This document shows positions 9,217-17,496 of a stretch of DNA of 64,000 nucleotides, piece after piece. The DNA is taken from the IMG/VR virus record IMGVR_UViG_3300030098_002339, positions 24,285 to 88,284 of that record; one strand, written 5' to 3'. The number at the start of each line of letters is the position of its first letter. The first letter of the stretch is position 1. The notes beneath the pieces were generated by a model, which was not told where the DNA came from, ran no database searches, and saw only the letters and a program-made list of their open reading frames with translations. The position numbers were made by a program, and so were the translations under genes. The DNA is from a virus.

Positions 9217-9429
9217 TCATTTAAATTTAACTGCTTTCTCTAACTCTTTAACTTTTTCGTTAGTATGTTGCATAATTTTCTTTAAATCTTCTGCAATATT
9301 TTCAATTGAAGAAGTATTTATACTTGCAAATCTTCTTTGCATCTCTTTATAAGCAGCTAATTCACCATGTTTTCTAGCTTCACTATGTAACTCAGTTACA
9401 ATTTGTATTTGTTTTTGTATATCAAACAT
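9217..9429 (-). CDS. Hypothetical early protein
   Basis: GAAAGGA SD. Confidence 0.65.
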   Translation of the reverse strand: MFDIQKQIQIVTELHSEARKHGELAAYKEMQRRFASINTSSIENIAEDLKKIMQHTNEKVKELEKAVKFK

Positions 9430-9447
9430 ATTATTCCTTTCAATTTT

Positions 9448-9483
9448 AGGGCTAAAGCCCTACACTAGATAGGGCTTATGCCA
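9448..9483 (-). promoter_or_regulatory. Conserved intergenic hairpin just 5' of an RBS
   Basis: GGCATAAGCCCTA-loop-TAGGGCTTTAGCC; homologue 52972-53008. Confidence 0.7.
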
Positions 9484-9489
9484 GTTTAT

Positions 9490-9783
9490 TTAAGCAACTT
9501 TAGTATTCTTTTCAGATTCAGATATCTCTTCAAGTTTCTTCGCAACTTGTTTAGCATCTCTAATCTTATCTAAAGCAGCATTTGTTGCTATGAATACAGT
9601 AGCTAACATAGATGTTTGATTAAACTGTGGTAACTGTTTGTATCTTGGATCTTTACTTACCATTTCATAAGTTTGGAAGTATTGTTCCATAAACCATCTA
9701 GTCATTCCACCAGTTTTTTCAGCCACTCTGTTTTTCTGACTTGGTTTCATACCATTCTGTGTCTTCGACTTTTCCATTAGCAT
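9490..9783 (-). CDS. Hypothetical early protein
   Basis: VA.KLE.ISE shared with 53018. Confidence 0.65.
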   Translation of the reverse strand: MLMEKSKTQNGMKPSQKNRVAEKTGGMTRWFMEQYFQTYEMVSKDPRYKQLPQFNQTSMLATVFIATNAALDKIRDAKQVAKKLEEISESEKNTKVA

Positions 9784-9925
9784 CTCCTTTCTTTTTTATT
9801 TCAAACGGAAACTCTAATTTAGCAGGCATATTCTTTTGAATACATCTACTTAATCCAATTAGAGCCCTAATAGGAAATGTAAATGATGACACAAGTGTAT
9901 CACCTACTTTTTCTATTCTTTTCAT
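9719..9925 (-). CDS. Hypothetical early protein
   Basis: Homologue at 53271. Confidence 0.7.
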   Translation of the reverse strand: MKRIEKVGDTLVSSFTFPIRALIGLSRCIQKNMPAKLEFPFEIKKKGDANGKVEDTEWYETKSEKQSG

Positions 9926-10106
9926 ATTGCTCCTTTCGTTTACGTAAACGATGAACTTTCTTCATCGTATCTGACCACTCTTGATCAAATTCTTTCGATC
10001 CAGGAATTGGATCTACGTCAGCCGTGAGCCAATTCCAGGATTTCCTTATCACTACAGCAGAAATGCTATAAGCAATAAATCGAATAAAATTAAAAACTCC
10101 ATTCAT
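9900..10106 (-). CDS. Hypothetical early protein
   Basis: WNWLTADVDPIPG identical at 53446. Confidence 0.75.
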   Translation of the reverse strand: MNGVFNFIRFIAYSISAVVIRKSWNWLTADVDPIPGSKEFDQEWSDTMKKVHRLRKRKEQYEKNRKSR

Positions 10107-10107
10107 T

Positions 10108-10518
10108 CTACTCCTCTCTATTCGTCATAACATTATATAACTTTTCAGTTCTTCGTTTATAATATTTATCAGCAGATATTTCAGATTTCTTCCACATCTC
10201 TTTAACCTGCTCATATTCACGAGGTATAGCTCTATTATTTGGATAATCTCTTTGCATCCACTCATCTAACATCGCATCAGAATCTGCATACATCATAGTT
10301 ATATCCCATTTCTTCTCTTCACATATTCTTTGTAAATCTTCAGCATATATCCTATTTACACATTTTTCCATCTTCTGATACTGTTGAAAAGAAACACCAA
10401 TAATATCACCCATTTCAGTTTGTGTTAATCTAGACCATATTCGGTGTGCTATCAAATTCTTTGCTAGCCTTTTTGCTATGTCTAAATTTCTTTCGTCTCT
10501 CTTCGATCTTTTTGACAT
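10108..10518 (-). CDS. XRE-family HTH regulator (repressor candidate)
   Basis: LTQTEMGDIIGVSFQQYQKME. Confidence 0.85.
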   Translation of the reverse strand: MSKRSKRDERNLDIAKRLAKNLIAHRIWSRLTQTEMGDIIGVSFQQYQKMEKCVNRIYAEDLQRICEEKKWDITMMYADSDAMLDEWMQRDYPNNRAIPREYEQVKEMWKKSEISADKYYKRRTEKLYNVMTNREE

Positions 10519-10819
10519 TGTCTATCTCCTTTCCATATAATTGTTTTAAGACAAGTAACTCTCGCTTGTCGGAGGTACTTGGCTTAGTCACTACTCTTAC
10601 CGATGGCTTCCCATCACGCATTATCTTAACCAATTGTATCCATCCCTTCTTCGGATATAATATTTCAAGATAAATAAATCTAATGAGATATCTCTTCCAC
10701 CATGTAATATGTTCTATTTGAATAGAACCTGTAAATGGCTGATGATACATCACTCTTATCACTCTACTTAAATTGATAGGTCTCTCTTTAAATCTATTCT
10801 TTAATATCACTCTATACAT
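10430..10819 (-). CDS. Conserved early hypothetical protein
   Basis: RVMYHQPFTGSIQ shared with 53942; AAAGGA SD. Confidence 0.75.
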   Translation of the reverse strand: MYRVILKNRFKERPINLSRVIRVMYHQPFTGSIQIEHITWWKRYLIRFIYLEILYPKKGWIQLVKIMRDGKPSVRVVTKPSTSDKRELLVLKQLYGKEIDNVKKIEERRKKFRHSKKASKEFDSTPNMV

Positions 10820-10847
10820 ACACTCTATCCTTTCTTCCGAATTTTTT

Positions 10848-11006
10848 TAGTGGACTGTCTAACATACAGCTTCCAGTATTTCAGCTTTAGACCTTTTTCA
10901 AGGTTTGGATTTTACGCTTCTGTGACCGACAGTCCTAAGATACTCTACATAGTTGCGCTAATTGGGAGTTATTTTTTTACCACACTTCTTCTATGCTTGA
11001 GTCATC
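10848..11006 (-). ncRNA. Candidate structured leader/ncRNA
   Basis: GGACTGTC/GACAGTCC helix enclosing an ACCTT-GAAA-AAGGT hairpin; GCAACTATG motif shared with 54560 region. Confidence 0.5.
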
Positions 11007-11070
11007 TATTCTTTCAAAATTTTTAAGGACTACGCCTAGAGGGAGGTCGAGACGCAGTCCTTGATTGACA

Positions 11071-11256
11071 TTATTTAGTCAATTTTGCTAGTATTTTCTC
11101 AAGCATTTCATCTTGCTTGTCCAATCTAGTCTTCAATACTTTAGGTATGAAGATACCATTCTGTATCTTTTGAACATAACTCATACCATTATTAATAGCT
11201 GATTTACTTACATCTTTAGCAGTATCAACTACTGATTGTTTATTTGACATATTCAC
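11071..11256 (-). CDS. Hypothetical early protein
   Basis: GAAAGGTGA SD. Confidence 0.6.
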   Translation of the reverse strand: MNMSNKQSVVDTAKDVSKSAINNGMSYVQKIQNGIFIPKVLKTRLDKQDEMLEKILAKLTK

Positions 11257-11301
11257 CTTTCTGTTAATATTATTTACGCTAGTAACAATAATATTAACTA
11301 T

Positions 11302-11469
11302 TTATTTAAATGAGTCTATATGTGCTTTGGCTAAACTTAAACCAAATAACAATAAACCACCTACTGCGAGTATTATACCTAATTTCGTGTGTTCAGGAGC
11401 ATTAATCATAATTATAATACCCATTACATTCATACATAGATATATTACCCATTGAACTACATAAGCCAT
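11302..11469 (-). CDS. Small two-TM membrane protein (start re-called)
   Basis: MAYVVQWVIY...; TAATG-coupled to upstream gene, GAGGTG SD. Confidence 0.6.
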   Translation of the reverse strand: MAYVVQWVIYLCMNVMGIIIMINAPEHTKLGIILAVGGLLLFGLSLAKAHIDSFK

Positions 11470-11606
11470 TACTTCACCTCTGGAATGATTTGATTTAACA
11501 TTCTTTTTGCGGTGAAATAGCCTACTAAAGTACCACCTATTAGCATTGTCATATATATAGCTAATAAGAATAACACAATAGTATACAATACTTCTATACC
11601 AGTCAT
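11469..11606 (-). CDS. First early gene: 45-aa single-TM protein (not in ORF track)
   Basis: GAAAGGA SD; MTGIEVLYTIVLFLLAIYMTMLIGG...; positional homologue 55174-55305. Confidence 0.65.
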   Translation of the reverse strand: MTGIEVLYTIVLFLLAIYMTMLIGGTLVGYFTAKRMLNQIIPEVK

Positions 11607-11972
11607 TATATCCTTTCCGAGCCTTCGACAACAACCCGTTGAATAGGCTCATTTACTGTGTGTTTCATATCACTAGCAATCAAGTTAGCTAATGATATCA
11701 ATGGTTATAGAGCGATTCGGTAATCAGTTAATCAATGATGTTTCGGTCAGAGTTAACTCATCACCAAACCGCAATTAATAACAACAATTATTTTATCGCT
11801 GTCGCTAGCGACTTAGCGATGAAATAATCAACAATAACAAAGACAATCGCAACAGCGATTGACATTGACGGGTTTGTAATCGACCCTCGCAAGATATCGA
11901 TTTGTAATCGATTCTTGTATAGGGGGGTTTGTTATAGCATAGACCCACAATAGCAATGATAAGGAGAAATAG
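11607..11972. promoter_or_regulatory. Early/late divergence region with hairpin array (origin/packaging/promoter candidate)
   Basis: Blocks shared with 55306-55686: TCCTTTCCGAGC, CTGTGTG, GATTCGGTAATCA, GACGGGTTTG, ATAGGGGGGTTT; several CG-rich palindromes. Confidence 0.7.
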
Positions 11973-12227
11973 ATGGCAGCACCATTAATAAAACTAGGAG
12001 GAGCAGCAGCATTTAGAATGCTTAGAACACTTTACAAAAGTGGTAAGTCGGCTAAAAAAGCGGCTGTTTCTGCGACTGCAAAAGTCTCGAACCCGACAGT
12101 CCGAAAAGGACTAGAAGGTGCTGGGAAAAAAGCAGCTAAAGCTGGAGCTCACCTAAGAAAACACCACAAAGCATACGGATACGGTGTTACAGGTGCAGCA
12201 GCTTGGGATATTATCGATAAAGACTAA
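11973..12227 (+). CDS. Small basic protein
   Basis: AAGGAG SD; LRTLYK...GAAAWD shared with 55687. Confidence 0.75.
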   Translation: MAAPLIKLGGAAAFRMLRTLYKSGKSAKKAAVSATAKVSNPTVRKGLEGAGKKAAKAGAHLRKHHKAYGYGVTGAAAWDIIDKD

Positions 12228-12361
12228 TGAGTAAAAAGCTCCCAAAATGGGGCGTTAATACTTACGTCAGATCGACAAAGAAAAAACGACCAGGACGACA
12301 TGCGAAATCCTACTCGAAGAGGATTCCAAAACGTTCCAAATACAGAGGACAAGGAAAATAA
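12227..12361 (+). CDS. 44-aa basic protein ending YRGQGK (not in ORF track)
   Basis: TAATG coupling; PKWGVNTYV and YRGQGK conserved at 55953. Confidence 0.75.
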   Translation: MSKKLPKWGVNTYVRSTKKKRPGRHAKSYSKRIPKRSKYRGQGK

Positions 12362-12832
12362 ATGGCAACAACAATAACAGCATCAACATTAACAGTAACG
12401 TTAACAGAAGCTATTTCGTTAAACGGATACGACCAGGGATCATCGAATACCCTGTCGATTTCCAGTATTAACGAGGTTCATAAGCGAATACTTACAGTTC
12501 CTACTTCAGAAATAGAAGTAGTAGCGATGAGTACCGCTAATAGCTCAGGTACGTTTATCGAAGGAGACGTAAGATATATGAGATTTACGAATCTGGACGA
12601 TACGAACCATGTGACGCTAACGTTCAAAAACGAAAACGATGACGAGTTCGCAATTAAACTAGACAAAGGACAATCCTTTATCTACAATGGCGACATGTCT
12701 GGAGGAGTCGTAGATACAATGGATGGCATAGACGGAACAGGATTAACAGTATCCCTAGGGGATTTAGTTAATGTAACTGCTTTAGCAGATACTGCCGCTT
12801 GCGATTTAGAAGTATTTGTGGCTTGTGTATAA
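12362..12832 (+). CDS. Conserved acidic beta-rich protein, probable virion component
   Basis: Nearly identical protein at 56084. Confidence 0.75.
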   Translation: MATTITASTLTVTLTEAISLNGYDQGSSNTLSISSINEVHKRILTVPTSEIEVVAMSTANSSGTFIEGDVRYMRFTNLDDTNHVTLTFKNENDDEFAIKLDKGQSFIYNGDMSGGVVDTMDGIDGTGLTVSLGDLVNVTALADTAACDLEVFVACV

Positions 12833-12990
12833 TGAAAGCAATAAGAAGTTTACATAGCATACCAGGATGGTTTAAGAAAACGAGAACAAAAGTCGCTAAA
12901 CAGCAGGCTGCGTTCCAAAAAGACCTTAAAGATCCAGGGTTTAGAAAAACAGCTAAAATAGGTAAATACAGAAAGATGTTCCATGGCTAG
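12832..12990 (+). CDS. Small basic protein
   Basis: LK.P.FR..AK shared with 56554. Confidence 0.6.
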   Translation: MKAIRSLHSIPGWFKKTRTKVAKQQAAFQKDLKDPGFRKTAKIGKYRKMFHG

Positions 12991-13222
12991 AAAATCTATA
13001 GAAAAATTAGCAGATAAGATTATTCAGCTATCCCCAGAGGAAGCAGAACAACTTTCATTAGTTATTAAAGCTAAAATGCTTCCAGAAATCGCAAAACAAC
13101 AAGCAGGATTATTAGAACAGGCAGCGAATAATCCGCAATTGGCAGCGATGGGTCAAAGACAAGGCGGAAGAATGCCTATGCCAACTTCAGCAGATGCTGC
13201 TAGACAAGGACTGTTAAGATAA
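12983..13222 (+). CDS. Conserved hypothetical protein
   Basis: Homologue at 56712. Confidence 0.75.
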   Translation: MARKSIEKLADKIIQLSPEEAEQLSLVIKAKMLPEIAKQQAGLLEQAANNPQLAAMGQRQGGRMPMPTSADAARQGLLR

Positions 13223-13320
13223 TGCCAAAAGTAGGAAAAAAGAAGTTCAGCTATACTAAAAAAGGTAAAGCTGCAGCTAAAAAATACGCAAAAAAGAAAG
13301 GCAAAAAGGTTAAATACTAA
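13222..13320 (+). CDS. 32-aa Lys-rich peptide (not in ORF track)
   Basis: MPKVGKKKFSYTKKGKAAAKKYAKKKGKKVKY; TAATG coupling. Confidence 0.65.
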   Translation: MPKVGKKKFSYTKKGKAAAKKYAKKKGKKVKY

Positions 13321-13335
13321 AATAACGAGGAAACC

Positions 13336-13554
13336 ATGGCAAAAAAATTTAAAATGACTAAACAACATAAATTCTTAGGTAAGACGCTACCCAAAGCAAT
13401 TGGTGGAGCAGCTAAATTTGCCTTTAAACAACCTTTAACAGTAGCTGGTGCTTATATTGGTACTAAATTAATAGGAAAGGCTTTTAGAAAAGCTGATAAA
13501 GGAATTAGTTTTCCTGTTGCTAGACAATTCAATAAAAAAGGTAGAAAAATTTAA
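13336..13554 (+). CDS. Small basic protein
   Basis: RQFNK.GRKI shared with 57129; GAGG SD. Confidence 0.7.
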   Translation: MAKKFKMTKQHKFLGKTLPKAIGGAAKFAFKQPLTVAGAYIGTKLIGKAFRKADKGISFPVARQFNKKGRKI

Positions 13555-13871
13555 TGTCAGAAGTTGAAAAAAATCCAAATTATGGAGGCAAAAGGGAAGG
13601 TGCAGGAAGACCTTTAGGGTCTAAAAGCACTAAACCTAAGTGGAAAAGTATGGAAGAAATGTCCGTAAAATACCAACATTCCCCTTTAGATTATATGCTA
13701 GCTGTGTTAAACAATCCTATGAGTTCACCTGAACGTAAAATGTATGCAGCTGAAAAAGCAGCACCATTTGTTCACCCAAGGTTAGCTTCAACACAATCAC
13801 GAATAGGATCTGATGAACCAATTGAAATCAAAGTCGAGTGGCAAAAAGACCAAGAAAATAAAAAAGATTGA
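13554..13871 (+). CDS. terS: Terminase small subunit
   Basis: GGKREGAGRP, PLDYML, AEKAAPFVHPRL; precedes TerL. Confidence 0.8.
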   Translation: MSEVEKNPNYGGKREGAGRPLGSKSTKPKWKSMEEMSVKYQHSPLDYMLAVLNNPMSSPERKMYAAEKAAPFVHPRLASTQSRIGSDEPIEIKVEWQKDQENKKD

Positions 13872-15120
13872 AATTCCTTATAAGCCACGAGAATATCAAT
13901 TAGAAGTACATAACAATAAAAAAAGATTTAATGTACTGGTTTGTCATAGACGATTTGGTAAATCAGTATTATCAATTAACGAATTAATTAAAACCGCAGC
14001 TGCTAAGCCTAGATCTTTATGTGCATTTATTGCACCAACTTACAGACAAGGTAAAGCAATTGCTTGGGAATATTTAAAATTTTACACTAAACCTTTAATG
14101 TATTTTGGAGGTGGACGAAATGAGACTGAATTAAGAATAGATTTATTTAACGGAAGTCGTATTCAAATATTTGGTGCAGATCATCCAGACTCAATCCGAG
14201 GAATGGGATTTGATGGAGTCGTAATGGATGAATATGCGATTATGTCACCAAGAGTCTGGACAGAAATTATACGTCCAGCAGTTTCTGATAAACTAGGATG
14301 GGTAATGTTTATTGGAACACCAATGGGTCATAATCAATTTTGGGAAGTATATGACTATGCACAACGTGGTCATAAAGATTGGATGGGTAAAATCTATCGA
14401 GCTTCCGAAACCAAAGTGATTCCAGATGAAGAGCTGGAACAGGCACGTGCGATAATGACTGAAGAACAATTCGAACAGGAGTTTGAATGTTCATTTACTG
14501 CAGCAGTCTCAGGCAGTTATTATGGAAGATTAATAACTAAAGCCGACTCCGAGAGGAGAATTACCAGCGTGCCACTAGATTCAAATGTAGGTGTAGAAAC
14601 GTGGTGGGATTTAGGTATAGGTGACTCAACAGCGATTTGGTTCGCACAAAGAGTGGGCAAGGAAATACATCTCATTGATTATTACGAAACTTCAGGTGAG
14701 TCATTAGCACATTATGCTGATAAACTTGAAGAAAAAGGATATGCTTATTCTAATCATATAGCTCCACACGATATAATGGCTAGAGAATTAGGAACAGGTA
14801 AATCTAGAATAGAAGTAGCAAGTGATTTGGGTATACAATTTGAAGTTGCTCCTAAATTAGAAGTAGATCATGGAATAGAAACTGTGAGAAACTATTTATC
14901 ACATTGTTATTTTGATAGAGAAAAATGCAAAGTAGGACTAGATGCATTGAGACAATATCGAAAACAATGGGACGATAAAAACCAAGTGTTTAAGAATAAA
15001 CCTTTACACGATTGGTGTTCACATGCAGCTGACGCTTTTAGGTACGGATGTGTTGCAGAACCAATTAATATGTCAGAATGGAATAAACCAATTAGAGTAG
15101 ATACAAAATATATAGTATGA
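13813..15120 (+). CDS. terL: Terminase large subunit
   Basis: HRRFGKS Walker A, VVMDEY Walker B, GTP motif, WDLG and SHAADAFRY nuclease motifs. Confidence 0.95.
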   Translation: MNQLKSKSSGKKTKKIKKIEIPYKPREYQLEVHNNKKRFNVLVCHRRFGKSVLSINELIKTAAAKPRSLCAFIAPTYRQGKAIAWEYLKFYTKPLMYFGGGRNETELRIDLFNGSRIQIFGADHPDSIRGMGFDGVVMDEYAIMSPRVWTEIIRPAVSDKLGWVMFIGTPMGHNQFWEVYDYAQRGHKDWMGKIYRASETKVIPDEELEQARAIMTEEQFEQEFECSFTAAVSGSYYGRLITKADSERRITSVPLDSNVGVETWWDLGIGDSTAIWFAQRVGKEIHLIDYYETSGESLAHYADKLEEKGYAYSNHIAPHDIMARELGTGKSRIEVASDLGIQFEVAPKLEVDHGIETVRNYLSHCYFDREKCKVGLDALRQYRKQWDDKNQVFKNKPLHDWCSHAADAFRYGCVAEPINMSEWNKPIRVDTKYIV

Positions 15121-17270
15121 AAAAATCAGAACAAGAAATATTATCAATATTAAATACAGAAATACATAACGCATCAGGATTTATTGGTGGCGAGTTAGTA
15201 GCTAGAAGAAAAAAATCTTTAAGCTATTATCTTGGTATGCCCTTAGGGAACGAACAAGAAGGTCGTTCTCAAGTGGTATCCAATGATGTATTAGACACAG
15301 TAGAAAGTCTAATGCCATCTTTAATGAGAATTTTTACATCTGGAGATAATGTATTTCAATGTGAAGGTGTTGGACCAGAAGACGATGAAATGGCTCGTCA
15401 ATGTTCCGATTACCTTAATTATATTTTTTATAAAGAGAATGATGGCTTTGTAGCCTTATATTCTGCATTTAAAGATGCATTAATCCAAAAGAATGGAATT
15501 TTAAAAGTATACTGGGATGATTCAGAAAAAACTGAAAGAGAAGAATATACAAGATTAACAGATGATGAATTTAATGATCTTGTTGCAGATTCAGAAGTTA
15601 AAGTTAAAAATCATTCAGAATACGAAGAATCTATAACAGATGATCGTGGTAAAGAAATTGATAAAGTTACTTTACACGATGTTGTTATTCATAGAACAAG
15701 ATTATATGGTAAGGTTAGAATTGAACCTGTACCACCTGAAGAATTTTTAATTGAAAGAAGATGTAAAGATATTAATTCAGCTAACTTTGTTTGTCATAGA
15801 ACAAATAAAACTAGATCTGAATTAGTTGAAATGGGTTTTCCTAAAGATGTTGTAGAAAATATACCTCAAGGTGATACTGATTTCTTTACAGAAGATAAAT
15901 TTACTAGACACCAAAACGTAGATTTCTCACATGGAGAAAATGATGGAGATAGATCCACTAATGATATTTTAGTATATGAATCATATATTAAGATGGATGT
16001 TAATAATGATGGTAAATCAGAATTATTAAAAATAACTACTGCTGGATCTGGAACTGGTAAAATTTTAGATATGACTGAAATAGATAGTATTCCGTTTATA
16101 TCTATGACACCAGTTATTATGCCTCACAGATTTCATGGAAGATCTATATCTGAATTAGTAGAAGACATCCAATTAATTAAATCTACTGTTATGAGACAAA
16201 TGTTAGATAACATGTATCTAACAAATAATAACAGAGTTGCTGTCCAAGATGGACAAGTAGCAATGGATGATCTTTTAACAAATCGTCCAGGCGGAATTGT
16301 AAGAACTAAACAACCTCCACAAAATGTTATGATGCCTATTCAGGCACAACCTATTACAGAACAAGCAAGTGGAATGTTATCTTACTTAGATTCTGTTAAA
16401 GAAACTAGAACTGGAATTACAAGACAATCACAAGGTCTTGATGCTAATACTTTAAACAAAACAGCAACAGGTCAAAACCAAATTCTAACTCAATCTCAAA
16501 TGAGAATGGAATTGATTGCAAGAATCTTTGCTGAAACAGGTGTTAAAGATTTAGCATTAAAAATGTTTGAACTTACTTGTAAGTATCAACAAAAAGAAAA
16601 GATCGTAAGAATTAGAGGTAAGTATATACCTATGAGACCTTACGAATGGAAAGACAGAGTTAATATTACTGTTCAAGTAGGACTAGGTACAGGTTCTAAA
16701 GAACAACAACTAATTTTATTAAACGCTATTCTTGAAAGACAAATGCAAGCAATTAATTTGCAACAGAATGTATTTGGTCCAATGGTTAATTTAAGAAACG
16801 TTTATAATACACTTAAGAAATTAATTGAGAATGCAGGACTTAATGGAATTGAACCATACTTTATGGATCCAGATGTCGGTGCAGCTCAAATGCCTCAACT
16901 ACCACCTAAACCTCCAACTGAGTTTGAAAGAGTTACATTAGCTCAAGTTCAAGGTGAAAATCAAAGAGCTCAGTTAGAAGCTAATACAAGATTAAAAGAA
17001 GTTGAAGCTAAAATGAGACAACAATTGCTTGATTTTGAAATACAAATTAAAGAATTAGAGCTTAAATATGGTTCACAAATAGATGAGCTTGAATTGAAGC
17101 GTAGAAGTATGTTAGAACAAACAGATCTTCAGAAATCTGGAGATATGATGAAAGAAATAGTCAAAGGACAACAAAAATTCTTTAATGATAAACAAAATGG
17201 AAAAGCAAATCAGGGAGGGCAAACGAGCCCAAGTACTTCTAAACGATCCTCTTCTAAAACAAGCGTTTGA
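15117..17270 (+). CDS. Portal protein (P22-like, with barrel)
   Basis: 717 aa after TerL; SQVVSNDV..VE...PSLMR, coiled-coil C-terminus. Confidence 0.92.
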   Translation: MKKSEQEILSILNTEIHNASGFIGGELVARRKKSLSYYLGMPLGNEQEGRSQVVSNDVLDTVESLMPSLMRIFTSGDNVFQCEGVGPEDDEMARQCSDYLNYIFYKENDGFVALYSAFKDALIQKNGILKVYWDDSEKTEREEYTRLTDDEFNDLVADSEVKVKNHSEYEESITDDRGKEIDKVTLHDVVIHRTRLYGKVRIEPVPPEEFLIERRCKDINSANFVCHRTNKTRSELVEMGFPKDVVENIPQGDTDFFTEDKFTRHQNVDFSHGENDGDRSTNDILVYESYIKMDVNNDGKSELLKITTAGSGTGKILDMTEIDSIPFISMTPVIMPHRFHGRSISELVEDIQLIKSTVMRQMLDNMYLTNNNRVAVQDGQVAMDDLLTNRPGGIVRTKQPPQNVMMPIQAQPITEQASGMLSYLDSVKETRTGITRQSQGLDANTLNKTATGQNQILTQSQMRMELIARIFAETGVKDLALKMFELTCKYQQKEKIVRIRGKYIPMRPYEWKDRVNITVQVGLGTGSKEQQLILLNAILERQMQAINLQQNVFGPMVNLRNVYNTLKKLIENAGLNGIEPYFMDPDVGAAQMPQLPPKPPTEFERVTLAQVQGENQRAQLEANTRLKEVEAKMRQQLLDFEIQIKELELKYGSQIDELELKRRSMLEQTDLQKSGDMMKEIVKGQQKFFNDKQNGKANQGGQTSPSTSKRSSSKTSV

Positions 17271-17448
17271 GGATTTACTAGAAACTTACAAGCAAGAAAT
17301 TTTTAATACAAGTTTTGCTGACGATAATAAACGCAGATCTCTTTGGATGGCATATAATATGCTAGACAAAATTAGAGGTCATTTACAGTCTATTATGGAA
17401 AGCGGAAAACTAGCTCAAAAAGATCTTGAGCAGTTAAATAAGAGCTAA
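17185..17448 (+). CDS. Conserved head-region helical protein
   Basis: Between portal and scaffold; homologue at 61137. Confidence 0.75.
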   Translation: MINKMEKQIREGKRAQVLLNDPLLKQAFEDLLETYKQEIFNTSFADDNKRRSLWMAYNMLDKIRGHLQSIMESGKLAQKDLEQLNKS

Positions 17449-17496
17449 CCTATTCTAGGAGCTCAATATACGTCAACCAACAAGGAGGAACGTTAC
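17441..17496 (+). promoter_or_regulatory. Structured 5' leader of scaffold gene
   Basis: GAGCTAACCTA-TTC-TAGGAGCTC hairpin; ACGT...AGGAGGA-ACGT; conserved at 61393-61445. Confidence 0.55.

Noticed and set aside
11470-11652. N-terminal half of track ORF 11302..11652
   Set aside because: A different frame has the SD and a unit C counterpart; the downstream gene starts at 11469.
13813-13871. TerS-TerL programmed frameshift
   Set aside because: An ATG with an upstream AGGA is conserved in both units, so ordinary overlapping initiation suffices.
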